DNA of 63,997 bases, filler included, from Streblomastix strix (taxonomy: Eukaryota), in assembly GCA_008636045.1 (NCBI GenBank). It is 4 parts of 4 records of this genome, joined end to end, with 100 filler letters (N's around TTAATTAATTAA, not from the genome) between each part and the next. Parts side by side here need not be neighbours in the genome. Positions count along the whole stretch, not along the records: positions 16,250 to 32,396 come from SNRW01000869.1; positions 32,497 to 48,638 come from SNRW01000870.1; 2 more parts are not named here. One strand, given 5' to 3'. The notes beneath the pieces are model-generated. The model saw only the letters and a list, made by a program, of their open reading frames with translations, was not told the DNA's origin and did not search any database. This document shows positions 29,165 through 41,604 of this stretch, piece by piece (position 1 is the first letter of the stretch; each line of letters opens with the position of its first letter). The position numbers and the translations under genes are program-made.

Positions 29165-29585
29165 CATAAATTTAAAAAATTACAATTTTACACTTACAAA
29201 AAAATTCAAAGAAAAAATATAATTTTCCTTTTGCGATCCTAATTGAGTGTATAATTCCGAATTGTTTGATTAAAAATTCATTAAAAAATTTTTTTAGTTT
29301 AATTAACATAAAAATATCTCATAATTTTCAATTTTGATTGATTGACAATAAATTAAATTAAACATAAATAAGATCCGAGGAAAAATACAAAATTTTCGAT
29401 TTATCTCGTTTTGATCCAGTATTTGCCGCATAAAGTATAAAAATATTAAGATAATTTAACTAAAAATTATTTTAATTAAAAATTTTCAAATAATTCGGAA
29501 TTATGCATTCAATTTGGGTTGAAAATGGAAAATTATATTTTTCACAGAATTTTTTGTAAATATAAAATTAAGATTTTTAAATTTG
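29165..29585. repeat. Long imperfect inverted repeat (foldback/MITE-like), ~150-bp arms
   Basis: AAAAATATAATTTTCC...TAATTGAGTGTATAATTCCGAATT (29213-29263) pairs with AATTCGGAATTATGCATTCAATTT...GGAAAATTATATTTTT (29492-29542). Similarity extends on both sides. Confidence 0.7.
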
Positions 29586-30039
29586 AATAAATTTTTGAAA
29601 AGAAAAGGCACCATGAATAGAAAATGAAAATTATGGACTGATTTGGAAATTGATGATGAAGATTCTTCATCTGAAAGTGATCAGGAAGTTATATAACGAT
29701 TATAATATTCAATTTAAATGCAGAAAGAAAATAATATAGCATACGTAAATAATATATCTTTAACTGAATATTAACAAAAATTAAAAATATTCGGAAAAAT
29801 ATTATTTCTCTAATATGATATTAGACTTCTATTCCTTTCCAAATATAATTCTCATCATGGAAATTCCGTAATTAAAAAATTTAGTTATATATTTTTCACA
29901 TTTCACAAAGTCTAACGAATCAATTAATATCATTTCAAAAATTTCAAAGAGACAAATGACTAAGTATAAAAATTGTAGCTACATGTCCAAATTTTATTGA
30001 AAATATATTCTTCTCTCTCTACAAAGTAACTTAATTTTC

Positions 30040-31520
30040 TTCCAAACAAAAGGTATAAACTGGATAATTGCTAGCGCAGCACGGTTCAGATAACATTTAA
30101 ATGAAAGACACCATTATTTAACCAATTGTTGAACTTATCCTTTCAATTGAAGGGGAAAACATCAGTCTCTCAAAAGTCTTACCAAGAGCTGTATGAACCA
30201 TAATCAAATATTATGCAATTTACAGGTAAAGCTAAATTATTTACATAAGGATTATAATCAAAATAAATAATTTGTAGACTATTAAACATTTTTTGAATGA
30301 AAATTTCAATATTTGTCCATATTATCTTTCCTTTTAAGATACTAATGCATTATATCAAAGATCATATTTTGATTTTGCATCATATGAAGAAGAGGAAAAT
30401 TTATTGCAATTTCATCAACAGAATATGAGTTGAACAACATTATTCGTTATTAATAAAATGAAGAAGAAAATTTAGATGAAGAGATAAAAAGCGAAATAAG
30501 TAAAATTCTGAATACTTAGATGATGCTGAATTTTAATTAAAAGATTAAGAACTCAAAGAATTACAAATTCATAACAGAAAAGATAACCCTGTTGTGCAAG
30601 CCTAAGAGACAGAATTATAGCTTTAATCTCCTTAAATGACTCTAAAAAAATTAAAATAGATTAATGGGATTGAATATACAGAGATGGCTGTAAGTATAAA
30701 ATGAAGAAAATATATATACAGTCAATATCGGTTAATTCAAATATCTGTTAATTCACAGTAGATTTAATTCGCAGTATTCAATCTAAATGATCTAAATTTA
30801 AAAGTTTTTGCATAAATTTTTTCACTTAATTCGCAGTAACTAAGTATGTAATTCGCAGTAAATTTTTATAAAATCCTTATAAATTCTATTTTTAAAAAAT
30901 AAAATAGCAATTTATGATAAATTTACATTAAATTTGCAAATAGAATGTTTAGTTTCTTTTTATAAAACTGAAACAAATAAAAATATATCAAAATATTTAA
31001 ATATTTTTTTTTAAAAAAACTTAGATTTAAAATAAGTTTATTAATTTTTATTCATATTATTACTTTATAAATGAATTTTTTAATTAAAATAAAATTTTTA
31101 GTAATTTTTATGAATAAAAACTGCGAATTATCCCTAATTCGCTGTTCTATTTTTTGGCAAAATAGTTTTTGAATTAACCGATAATGACTTTAAATGAATC
31201 AGATGAATAAATAGATTAAGCAATTTATGAACTTCATAACTTATGGTCTTATGACAAAACTGTTCCTGGCTATCAATTCTTAAATAAAACTGAGAGAGAT
31301 TTTTGGGTTAGTTGGACTTATGGCACAGATCCATAGCGAATTGCTTCCGACTTCGCTTTCAGACATATTACAACAATTGCATCAGAATGTCCATGCGAGC
31401 GATCAATTTCTGAAGCTAGACCTGCACTTGGAATGAGAAGATTTGCTGTTAAAACTTTGCCACTTTAGCATATTTTACAAAGTCGCTATATCCAGAAGTT
31501 TGTTTTAAACACTATATGAA
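30040..31520 (+). pseudogene. Third hAT transposase remnant, interrupted by a MITE
   Basis: RDFWVSWTYGTDPQRIASDFAFRHITTIASECPCERSISEARPALGMRR lies downstream of the MITE, and degraded coding sequence lies upstream. Confidence 0.65.
30719..31190. mobile_element. Tc1/mariner-type MITE (~470 bp) with TA TSD
   Basis: CAGTCAATATCGGTTAATTC vs reverse-complemented AAGTCATTATCGGTTAATTC (18/20). TA on both sides. Internal TAATTCGCAG repeats. Confidence 0.85.
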
Positions 31521-32396
31521 AAGCACTTCATTCAATGTATATATATTCAAAGTTCTCTAAATGTATAATTTAAAATAAATTTACAACAAATAAATAAAAT
31601 TTAATTGAAATGAACCATATTCCTCGAAATTAATAATTTTTAACCTATGATTTTCAAAATAACCCACCCAAATAAATTATCAATGGGTGATTATGTTATT
31701 GTTCTATATTTTGTTTTCTATATTTTTTTTTAATTACTATAAATATTTTCTAGTATATTTGAATATAATTATTAATATTTAACTTACTTTTGACAAAAAC
31801 ACACATTTTTACATTTTTTAACTTTAGCAATAGATACACTATAATATACTCAAAATAATTTTACATTCTTTTAAATGTAATAAAACTTGAGTTTTTTTAA
31901 ATGAAATTCAATACAAATTATTCCTGATTAGATATGAACAACAAATGCTTTCACATGTTCCAGTTCCTGAAACACAGTTTATTTTTTATTAATTGACTAA
32001 TAATTTTTGTTAATGTCACGTTTTTTTTCCAGGCAGAGCCCATTGGCGGGTGCCCTGAGAGTAAATAAACAAACGAAGAGCTCATATCTCTTCCAAAGGA
32101 ATGTTTAGAACAATAAAAAATAAAAGAATAAGTGAATATCTTTCTTGTTGCGAGCACTTAACATTAAATCATTGTGTAAGTATTCAATTTATTAAAAAAA
32201 ATTAAGGACATTTATTATTAATTTGAGCATCATTTGACATGGGTTTACGATTCAAAATTAAATATCTCAAAAAATGTTATAGATAAAATAATAAGAATTA
32301 GAAAATTAATTAATAATTGTTTAAAATACCCTCAAAGTAATTATATTAGAAAGAAATTTGATAAATATCTCAAACAATTTTTACTCAAAAAATTTA

Positions 32397-32496
32397 NNNN
32401 NNNNNNNNNNNNNNNNNNNNNNNNNNNNNNNNNNNNNNNNTTAATTAATTAANNNNNNNNNNNNNNNNNNNNNNNNNNNNNNNNNNNNNNNNNNNN
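32397..32496. other. Artificial contig-joining spacer
   Basis: Identical 100-nt N/TTAATTAATTAA/N spacer. Confidence 0.97.
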
Positions 32497-32499
32497 ATT

Positions 32500-33850
32500 A
32501 TTTGCTTATAATTATATTGTTAAAAATTATTCATTAAGGGTGCTCATTGGAAAATCTGGGAAATTTCTGCTTCAAATGCTAATCTGCTTGTTTTTATAAC
32601 AAGAATTCCCGAAACAAGTAATACATCTAGGATCTTTTGAGAAAATAAGACACATATAAGTAACATGAGAAAGTGGAATAATTAGCTAGTTCTTAATCCT
32701 GTTAACGCAGCTCCACTTGGGAATGCCCAAGATTCAATACGCTATGCAGGAACAACAAATGGAAGAGTAGAATAGAATTATTGTACCTGATTAAGATATG
32801 CATATGATGCTTTATATCCACTCGTATTAGCTGTAACTGCTGTTATAATATAGTTTTTTACAGATACTGTTACTGGTCTAACTTCACAAATGAGGTTCTT
32901 AATCCTGAAGGAGTTAGTTCTTCTGCACGTATTCAAGTAATCAAATCAGCAGTGCATTCAATTTATATGAACATGTTAGTGTATTCGAATGGGAGAGACC
33001 AGTTACGGAAGATTAGATCAATATCATTAAGCTTATCTTGACCTGTACTTATTAATTCATCTTTGCAAATTGTGTAAAATTTAGCAAATGATATAACTGG
33101 ATCTACTTAGCAGAATACGAATGCGTTTGGATTAATTTTGAATTTAATTTTGAGATCACCGAACAGACTATTAGGATATTCAGAGAATGCAGAGAAAATG
33201 AGTTAATCATCAAGAAGGATTGATTCTGTGAAGTTAACTAGCATTACATATGGAACTGCTGTTTATGGAGCTAGAACTTCAGATATTGCTTTCATGCTTA
33301 GATAACGCCCACAACATGATATATCATCTCCACGAATATTTTCATAGAGAGAATGAACGAATATATTATTATTTTTCTCAGATAGTGGCTTAATTGTGTT
33401 ATAAATATATGATTTGGATGTAGAATCGTTCTAGAAGGATCCATCAATTGTCTTTCCTTGATGATATAGCACATATTCTCTAATATATTCAGCTTAATTC
33501 TTCATCCAACAAATATATAAACACGTTCTTTATATGCTTCACTAAATTAATCAAACTTATTATCAAACAATAGATTCATTGTAAATTCAAGTGTAATGAA
33601 TGAATTTTAGATTTATGTTACATCATGATCTAGATCAGATAAACTGATGATAACTTCCTTGTCAAATAATGATGGCATTTATGATTCGGGCTTGATCTCT
33701 TTGATTGAAAAATGGTGTAATCCTTCCTTCCAGAATGGTTGAATTGCGAATATCTTTAACAAATTCTCAATAGTTTCCAAATTTTGTTGTGATTTTGGGA
33801 TATGCGTCTTCATAAGTTGGCGATTCATGTTTAATTCTGCAAAAATAATC
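32500..33850 (-). pseudogene. Probable major capsid protein (double jelly-roll) of a Maverick-like virus, 3'-truncated
   Basis: DHDVTQIQNSFITLEF...YIFVG/KNQAEYIREY...FSAFSEYPNSLFGDLKIKFKINPNAFVFCQVDP...PFVVPAQRIESWAFP. Beta-strand-rich, with frameshifts and TGAs. Identity inferred from context and recalled similarity to Trichomonas Maverick proteins. Confidence 0.6.
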
Positions 33851-33891
33851 TGATTATATGATAGTTAATTCAATTGATGATTCACTTTAAA

Positions 33892-34221
33892 TCACTAAAA
33901 TTCATTTCCAAGCAATTATATTCGTTTACTTATTACATCAATAGGAACCTTTTATCTTAAGTAATCATCTAATCGGAATGTCTTAAAATCTTATCTGAAT
34001 TGTTGTTTTGATATTTATTTATTTGGACCAAATAGTGCATCAACTGCAGATGATCCTGCACTAATTCCTTTCGCTACCATACTTCCTGCTGGTCCTAAAG
34101 ATGATAGAAGTGCATTAGTTATGGGCATTATTGGTTTGACTATTTTATCATTCATCCAACTAACTCCTTTACCTATCACTGAGACCAATTTTTTATGTTT
34201 GCTGAATATTCCCGGCGCCAT
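33892..34221 (-). CDS. 109-aa viral protein with an N-terminal amphipathic helix (candidate membrane-lytic/core protein)
   Basis: MAPGIFSKHKKLVSVIGKGVSWMNDKIVKPIMPITNALLSSLGPAGSMVAKGISAGSSAVDALFG...NEFQ-TGA. Intact under TAR=Gln and immediately upstream of the capsid-like gene. Confidence 0.7.
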
Positions 34222-34329
34222 GATTTTAAACAGCAAAAATAAACGTTTTTGCATCAATTTATCGAATCAATGTCTCAGAGATAGTACATTCCACTTGAAC
34301 AATATTTATATAAATCAGTTGATGATTCA

Positions 34330-35883
34330 GGAAAAACTTCTTGAACATTTTGCAAAAAGTAATATAACATTTTATATTACTAATTGAATCCGAAATAACA
34401 CATACCTAACCAATTAATATATCCACCAGCATTTCTATAGACAGATGCAGGAAATCCCATACTTTTACCATCCGCTGGTAATATCACATCTGGAATCCTA
34501 CCGATCTCTTATGTACTTGTTGCTTATCCTTTTGTTTCAAAATATAGGTTGAATACACATACTTTGCAAATTCCAACATCAACGATATAATACGTATTGT
34601 AGGCATGTCCACCCTAATAAAAAGGTAAAATAAGTTAAATTTAATTGAATACATTAGTTATTGTATATATTGGTAAAGGTGATGATACTAATTTTCCATC
34701 ATGTTTTATTATTACTTCATCAATGTGAGAATCTGGTTCTTTTGGGTCTGACGGAGATGCGTTTGAATCTTCATTTGATGTTGGATTCTTATTGTTATAG
34801 AGTATATATGTTCCTTGAAATTCACAATCATACTTATTCAATACTCTACTTACAGCTACTTCTACGGCTAATGATTTATCATAGATATCTTTGAACAAAC
34901 ACATAGCCGTATATTCTTATTATTCAGTACGAACAGGCATATATTTCGTATTTGGAGGAAGTAATATTTGACTAATTGTTGAGAATAATCTATGAACTGT
35001 TTATTGATTTTCTGAATTTGATTATAATTATATAATCTATCCTAATTTAGCTCCAAAACTGAATGTAATAAATGGATCATTCTTAATGAAGAATGCTGCT
35101 CTATCCGCTATATTGATTGTTAATTCATCCATTAATTTAATATCACTATTCAAATAATTAACTTTATTATAACCAAATAATCCAGTTGCGATCAAATCAG
35201 TTTTTTTCTTCACAGTTTCGTATACATGAGATTATGTTTCGAATGTTCCTTTGCTATTAACATGCCATATATCCATTATATCAACTCACCTATCATTATT
35301 TGCATCATAATTTATTTTCTTCGATTATTCATATTTCTTATAATAAGTTATATTTAGTATGATAGCAGTTTTCGATGGAATCTATGAAGTACTAATGATG
35401 AAAGGTCCATTATAATCGATATAGCAAAATATACTATATTTATTCGTTGTATTTGTTCTAACATATGCAATCACTTTATCACCAGCTTTTGGTTTAGCTT
35501 CTACAGGATAGCTTTTTGTATAAATATCAATTGGGGAATAATCCAGTAGTTTCATATGATACTGTTAATGTAACACGATCACCGTATATAATTAATTATG
35601 GATCTGATCCACTTGATGTTATGAAGCTTGATCGTTCCAGCTATGAATTTAAATCCAATTTTGTAGGTGAATTTGAAACTGGGGGAACGAACGCTTCGTT
35701 TGCATTAAAGAAAATATCATCACTATCTTTCACTTATTTTTGTAAAGTTTATTATACGATTTGTATTTGTTATGCTGGTGGTATTGGCTCATAATATCTC
35801 TCTCTTATGTATGCGTATAATTCTGGAAAATCTAATAACCCTGGTGCGTCTGGTAATGCTTCATCTAATTAAATGTTGCTCAT
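34330..35883 (-). pseudogene. Viral accessory/fibre-like protein with several beta-rich head-like modules
   Basis: Starts MSNIQLDEALPDAPGLLDFP. Modules such as LIYGDRVTLTVSY...YPVEAKP and CVFNLYFETKG...IGRIPDVILP. TGAs and frameshifts present. Confidence 0.5.
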
Positions 35884-35919
35884 TTCATAGTTCAAAAATA
35901 ATATGAATCTATTTATAAC

Positions 35920-38887
35920 TTCATTTAACCAATGCATAAGATGCGCATTATATGTATGTACTAATTGTTGATTATTAGGTAAAAAGTCCAGTTGAATGAA
36001 TAATTGATAAATAACCCCCTTTATCAATAGTGTGATTCGAAAATGGGATATATGTTATAACAGCCGTATCATCTTAAACTGAGTAATCTGGGTTAAATGT
36101 TCCTGCATTATAATTTCCTCCATAAGCGAGTAATGAAAATATATAAAGATTTCCAATTCTAATTAATTTATATTATACTACTGCTCCATTCATACCAGAA
36201 ACTGCAGATATTGACAATTATTCAATTCCATCAAAAGATGATAGTAATATATCACCACCACCTGCTAATAGAACTGATGTATCATCTTTACCAGTTTTCA
36301 CAAATCCAGTGGCACTAACATTACTAGTAAATATCTTAGATCCATTAACTATCTAATCTTATTTCGTATTAACCAAATTATCTAATGTACTCGAATCCAT
36401 TTTTGATGATAATTTTGCATCAACTTCAGATATTGTCAAATAAATATTAGTATCTGAGTCTTACGCTTCATCATAAGTTCCACCAAATGGATTAACATAT
36501 TTTAATCTTCTTGTAATTGTTTATTAAACTGATATTTCCAATTTTACATATTTATTATCTATTTCTGTTCTTGAATATGTTTATGTTTTTGTATAATAAT
36601 TTGATAAATCCGTTGGTGCACTAACAAATTCAGATATTGGCTTTGTACCACCTTCTCCAAGTAATACGACAGTATCATTTGCACCAGATTTGATAAATGA
36701 TGACCTTGTTACTGTCGAGATTCCATCAATGGAACTTACGAATCTACAACTATTATTGAATGTCTTATTTGCTGTTATTGTTTATGCAGTGCTTAATGTA
36801 ACATAATTAGATAGTTCGATTGTATCTGTTTTCTCATCCAATAATTTATCTGTTTTTGTTTTCGTATAATAATTACTCAAATCAACGTTACCTGTATCAA
36901 TCTATGATATCAATAGTTCAGTTTTTGTTTTTATATATGTTGTTGACTTATCTGCTTTGTTCTTTAATAAATTATTTGTTTCAGTTTTTGTATATGCATC
37001 AATCAATTAAGTTTAATCTGCTTTCAATAATAGGAGTGCATCATCTTCAGAATTTAAATAGGAAACTCCAGTAGTAATCTAATTATTTAATAGATTATTT
37101 GTTTCAGTTTTAGTATTTGAATCAATTAGTTGTATCTTATCTGGTTTCAGTAATAGGTATGCATCATCTTCATCTTTCGTAAATGAAAATCCATTGTCAG
37201 ACTTATTATTTAAGAGATTATTTGTTTCAGTTTTAGTATATCATTCAATCAACTTTGTCTTATCCGCTTTCAGTAGCAACAAAGCATCATCTTCTGATTT
37301 GATGTATGAAGCACATTAAATATCTGCAATTGATCTAACTCCTTCACCAGCAAGAAATATAGAGTTATTATCGTATCCAGAATACTGAATACCATTAGAA
37401 ATAGTAGTACTTGTAATTGTTTTCATTCCGGTAATAGATTGATCAAATCCTGTAGTAACAAACGTAGTATTTTTAACAGGTGTTAATGTGTTTCCATCAA
37501 TTGATAAACCAGTTAGTGCATTACCGCTTCAAATAGCTGCACCTAGAGTTGTTATAACATTAATCATATTAGATAGTTCAGTTTCTGGTATTTTTAAGTC
37601 AGTTATATCCCACCAATAATCTGTTACTTCCTTATCATCAAAACATAAATTATCTCCAATCACTAATTTTGCAACATTGTCTTAAATAGCCATCCATTCA
37701 TTCAATTCATCCTGCGTAGAGAATACATATGCTTTTGATTTTCCAGTGGCATTATCTTTAAATTACTATAATTATGGTAAAGTTATTTGTGAGCTTACTA
37801 CCATATCACCATCTCCAGCAAGTAATACAAAATCATTATTTTTACTTTGTTTTGATATACTTGAAACACTAATTATTCCGAATTATTTTTAACCTGATAT
37901 TGTTTGAGCAGGAGTTAAATCAACATAATTCGTTAAATCAGTAACATTAGCTTTAAATAATAAAAGTGAATCATCTTCAGATTTGGGATAAGAATCAATT
38001 AGTTCAGATTTGTCAGTTTTCAATAATAAGAGAGAATCATCTTCTGTCTTGGAATATGAGTCAATTATATCAGTTTTATCAGCTTTTGCATCGAGTAGTG
38101 TATCGGTTTCAGATTTGGAGTAAAAATCAGTTTTATCAGCTTTTGTATCGAGTAATGTATCGTCTTCTGTTTTGGAATAACCATCCGCAATATCTGCAAC
38201 ATTAGTTTTCAATTATAGTAGAGCATCATCTTCTTCTTTTGAATAAGAGTCAACTAATTCAGTTTTATCAGCTTTCAATAATAAGAGTGAATCATCTTCT
38301 GTCTTGAAATATGAGTCAATTATATCAGTTTTATCAGCTTTTGCATCGAGTAGTGTATCGGTTTCAGATTTGGAGTAAAAATCAGTTTTATCAGCTTTTG
38401 TATCGAGTAATGTATCGTCTTCTGTCTTGGAATAACCATCCGCAATATTTGCGACATCAGCTTTCAATAGTAATAGAGCATCCTTTTCTTCTTTTGAATA
38501 TGTATCGGTTTTATCAGCTTTTGCATTGAGTAGAGTATCAGTTTCGGTCTTGGCATATGTGTCCGATTTATCAGCTTTTGTATCAAGTAGAGTATCGGTT
38601 TCTGTTTTTGAATATGTATCGGTTTTATCAGCTTTTGCATCGAGTAGAGTATCAATTTCGGTCTTGGCATATGTGTCCGATTTATCAGCTTTTGTATCAA
38701 ATATTTCATTTGCTTCAGGTCTGATGTATACATCAGGTGGAGGAGCATTATTTATCATATTGATTTGATTATTAATATTTGTAACTTAATCAATCAACCC
38801 AACAGTATTATAACGAATGTTTCCGTATAAAATTTCATCATGAATTAAGAGCACATCTAATGAATATAAGTCTGCATCGTTTGACAT
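35920..38887 (-). pseudogene. Phage-tail-fibre-like repeat protein (~990 codons)
   Basis: More than 15 YSKTETDTLLDAKADK-type repeats, QTI.G.K.F and LLAGGG shaft motifs, an internal GKSKAYVF...DYWWD module and a C-terminal LIRIGNLYIF head-like domain. A few in-frame TGAs. Confidence 0.75.
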
Positions 38888-39029
38888 TTAATTACCAAAA
38901 ATAAACTGGAATGATCAATGAATTTGGGATAGAACTGCTATTAACCCTTTACTTGCTGCAGACATTAGTTTAGATGATATATATCCTAGATCGAGAATAC
39001 TAGTTATTTTTCTAACTTTTTATAAGCAT

Positions 39030-41593
39030 ATTTTAACATCATATTTCCATATCTAGTTTAATATCCTAAAATTATATTCAAAAGCAATGCTTATCTCGGT
39101 TCAACTATTCAACAGAAGTAAGTGACAATTAGACATACAGACTATCAGTTCGAACTAGTGTTCAAGGATGTTCTTACATTTATCCCTACAACAACTCTTG
39201 ATAATTTCGTTTATAAGTATGGGAATGGAACAAAACTAATTAAAGGAAAGTTTCATCATGGATTCTTCAATACTAATAATGTAAATTAGTTCCTATAATC
39301 AACAGAACCATTTGAACATAAGGATTTTTATAATTAAATTAGTCGGAAAAATATTAGCGATAAAGAATATTAAGAGTATGTTGATGATTTCAATAGTTTG
39401 GATGAAAATGGGAACAGAAAATTTAAAGATAGATGGTCATATCTTGAGTTCTATAATATTCGTGATGTTGAATGTATGTTTGCTCCAATCAATAATTTGA
39501 TAGATTTATGTTGGTAGTAAGGTATAGCAATGTTATCTTAGATATCCTTATCCTAAATCGCTAAATCAATTAAGTATAACTATGCGTATGAAGACTTCGA
39601 CATTAATGGTGATTACAATATAGAAACAGATAATAAGGTATATTAATTTTATTCAGAAAAATGGAATAAGAAAGTTGAAGGATATTAGCAACAGGATATC
39701 AAAGCAAGAAGAGATACAACGAATAACGTGACAACTATTGATATGGATTATTTCAATCAGATGATCACAAATAAATGCAGCTACTGTAATGCTAAGTTCA
39801 CTAATGTAAACAAGCCAACTCTTGAACGAATAGACAACAACATTGCTCACACAAAAGACAATTGCAAACTAGCTTGCTAACTATGTAACTCTACAAGATC
39901 AAACAAAGATGCTGATGTGGCAAAATTAATGATATAGATGTTCAAGTATGCTATTGTTAATAATCTACCTATGACAATTGATGATGAAGAAGTTTATTTG
40001 TTTTTACGCAAATCTATCCATGGAGGATTATCATAAGTGTTTCATCAATACAATATAAAAGGACTAACTAACATAAATAAATTAAAATATAATCCTGAAG
40101 AAAATAAAGTGACTGCTTATGATTTAGATTATATAATCACACACATTTTGGATCTTGATTTTAACTCATTATATCCAAGTGATTTCTGTAGAATTTATAA
40201 TAAAAATAATCCGTATACTGGAGGTAAGATGTTCATGGCTGGAAGAGTTACTAAACACATTAAAATACGCGAAGCAAATGACTAAGATTATCGAGATACT
40301 AAACGTAAAGAGATGATGAATATCACTAACTCGGAAGATAGATTCTCAGAAGAAAAAGGGTAGTTATTCATAGCTTCAGTTAAAGGTCATATTGATAATA
40401 ACCATATTAACGAACACATTAACTTCCCACCTATCTGGAGAAAGAGAACTTATAAAACTGACGAGAAAACAGTAGGTAAATTTACTTATGAAAAGATAAA
40501 AAATAAGGAATATCTTGTAATAAATAAGATACAAAATTAACCTCTTTACTATCAACACATGATGAATATATGTCATTTAGCTCATACTACCTATTGCTAT
40601 TGATAGACTACTGTCATTTCATTATCGATGATGTTGAAGAGATAGTATTATTCAGCAAACACACTGCGTTCAAATCATTTGTAGAAGTAATGGCTGAGAA
40701 ACGATAATAAGCAATGAAAGAAGGTAATTAAGCCAAATAACTTTATTTCAAAAATAAAGTGAATAGTTCATATGGTGCAGATGGTTAGAATAATGAAAAA
40801 TTTTATAAGATTGGTATCTACAATAAATAATAAATATATCTAAAATAATTGAATAAAGGTTTCACTAACACACGAAAGATTTACGATGACCGTTATCTTG
40901 TATTAATTAATCCTGATTCATTTTCTACACATAAATGCTTATAAGAAAGTATATTCACTTAAGACAATTCAAAATTCTGGTATTTGTGTTTCATTTTATA
41001 TCTTCCTGTACAAACGTATTGATATGAATCGTGTTCACTTTTGCAGTACGGATACTGACTCGATATATCTAGCTATTAGAGGTTCAACTTTTGAAGGATA
41101 TAAACAGTAATTCAAACATGTAATTAAGGATCAAGAATTCTGGAATAATCATTACAAAGAGTGGTTACCTTGGGAAGGATGTACAATAGCTGAAGAAAAG
41201 AAGCTACTTGGTTGTGCTATTGAATCATAGAGAGAAAGCATCATTTGTCTAGCACCTAAATGTTATTCAGCTATCCGTAGTAAAAAAGATGATGATGATG
41301 ATGAGGATACTGATGATGACGTAATAAGAATGAAGGGTGTTAATGAAAAGAATAGTGGTTTAACAAGAGATGATTACATAAATTGTATTGAAAATAATTC
41401 AAATGTATCAGTTCCAGTTACTTAAATTTAATTGAAAAATGGAGTGATGTCAATAGTAAAAATAACTAAGTCTGCATTAACAGAAGTAGTTAATAAAATG
41501 ATAGTGATTGATAGCAATATTTCCAAAGGTTAATCATATCCATGTGCACCTCAAATTTTTGGAGTTGATGCTTCTTAATATACGTATGAATGA
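39030..41593 (+). pseudogene. Protein-primed family B DNA polymerase (N-terminally truncated, two frameshifts)
   Basis: FKDVL...KGKF, ExoIII YNIRDV, SIHGG, motif A LDFNSLYPS, motif B FKNKVNSSYG, motif C TDTDS, LAPKCY, RMKGV. Frameshifts at ~40520 and ~41000. TGA at 41591-41593. Confidence 0.93.
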
Positions 41594-41604
41594 TCATTTA
41601 TTTT

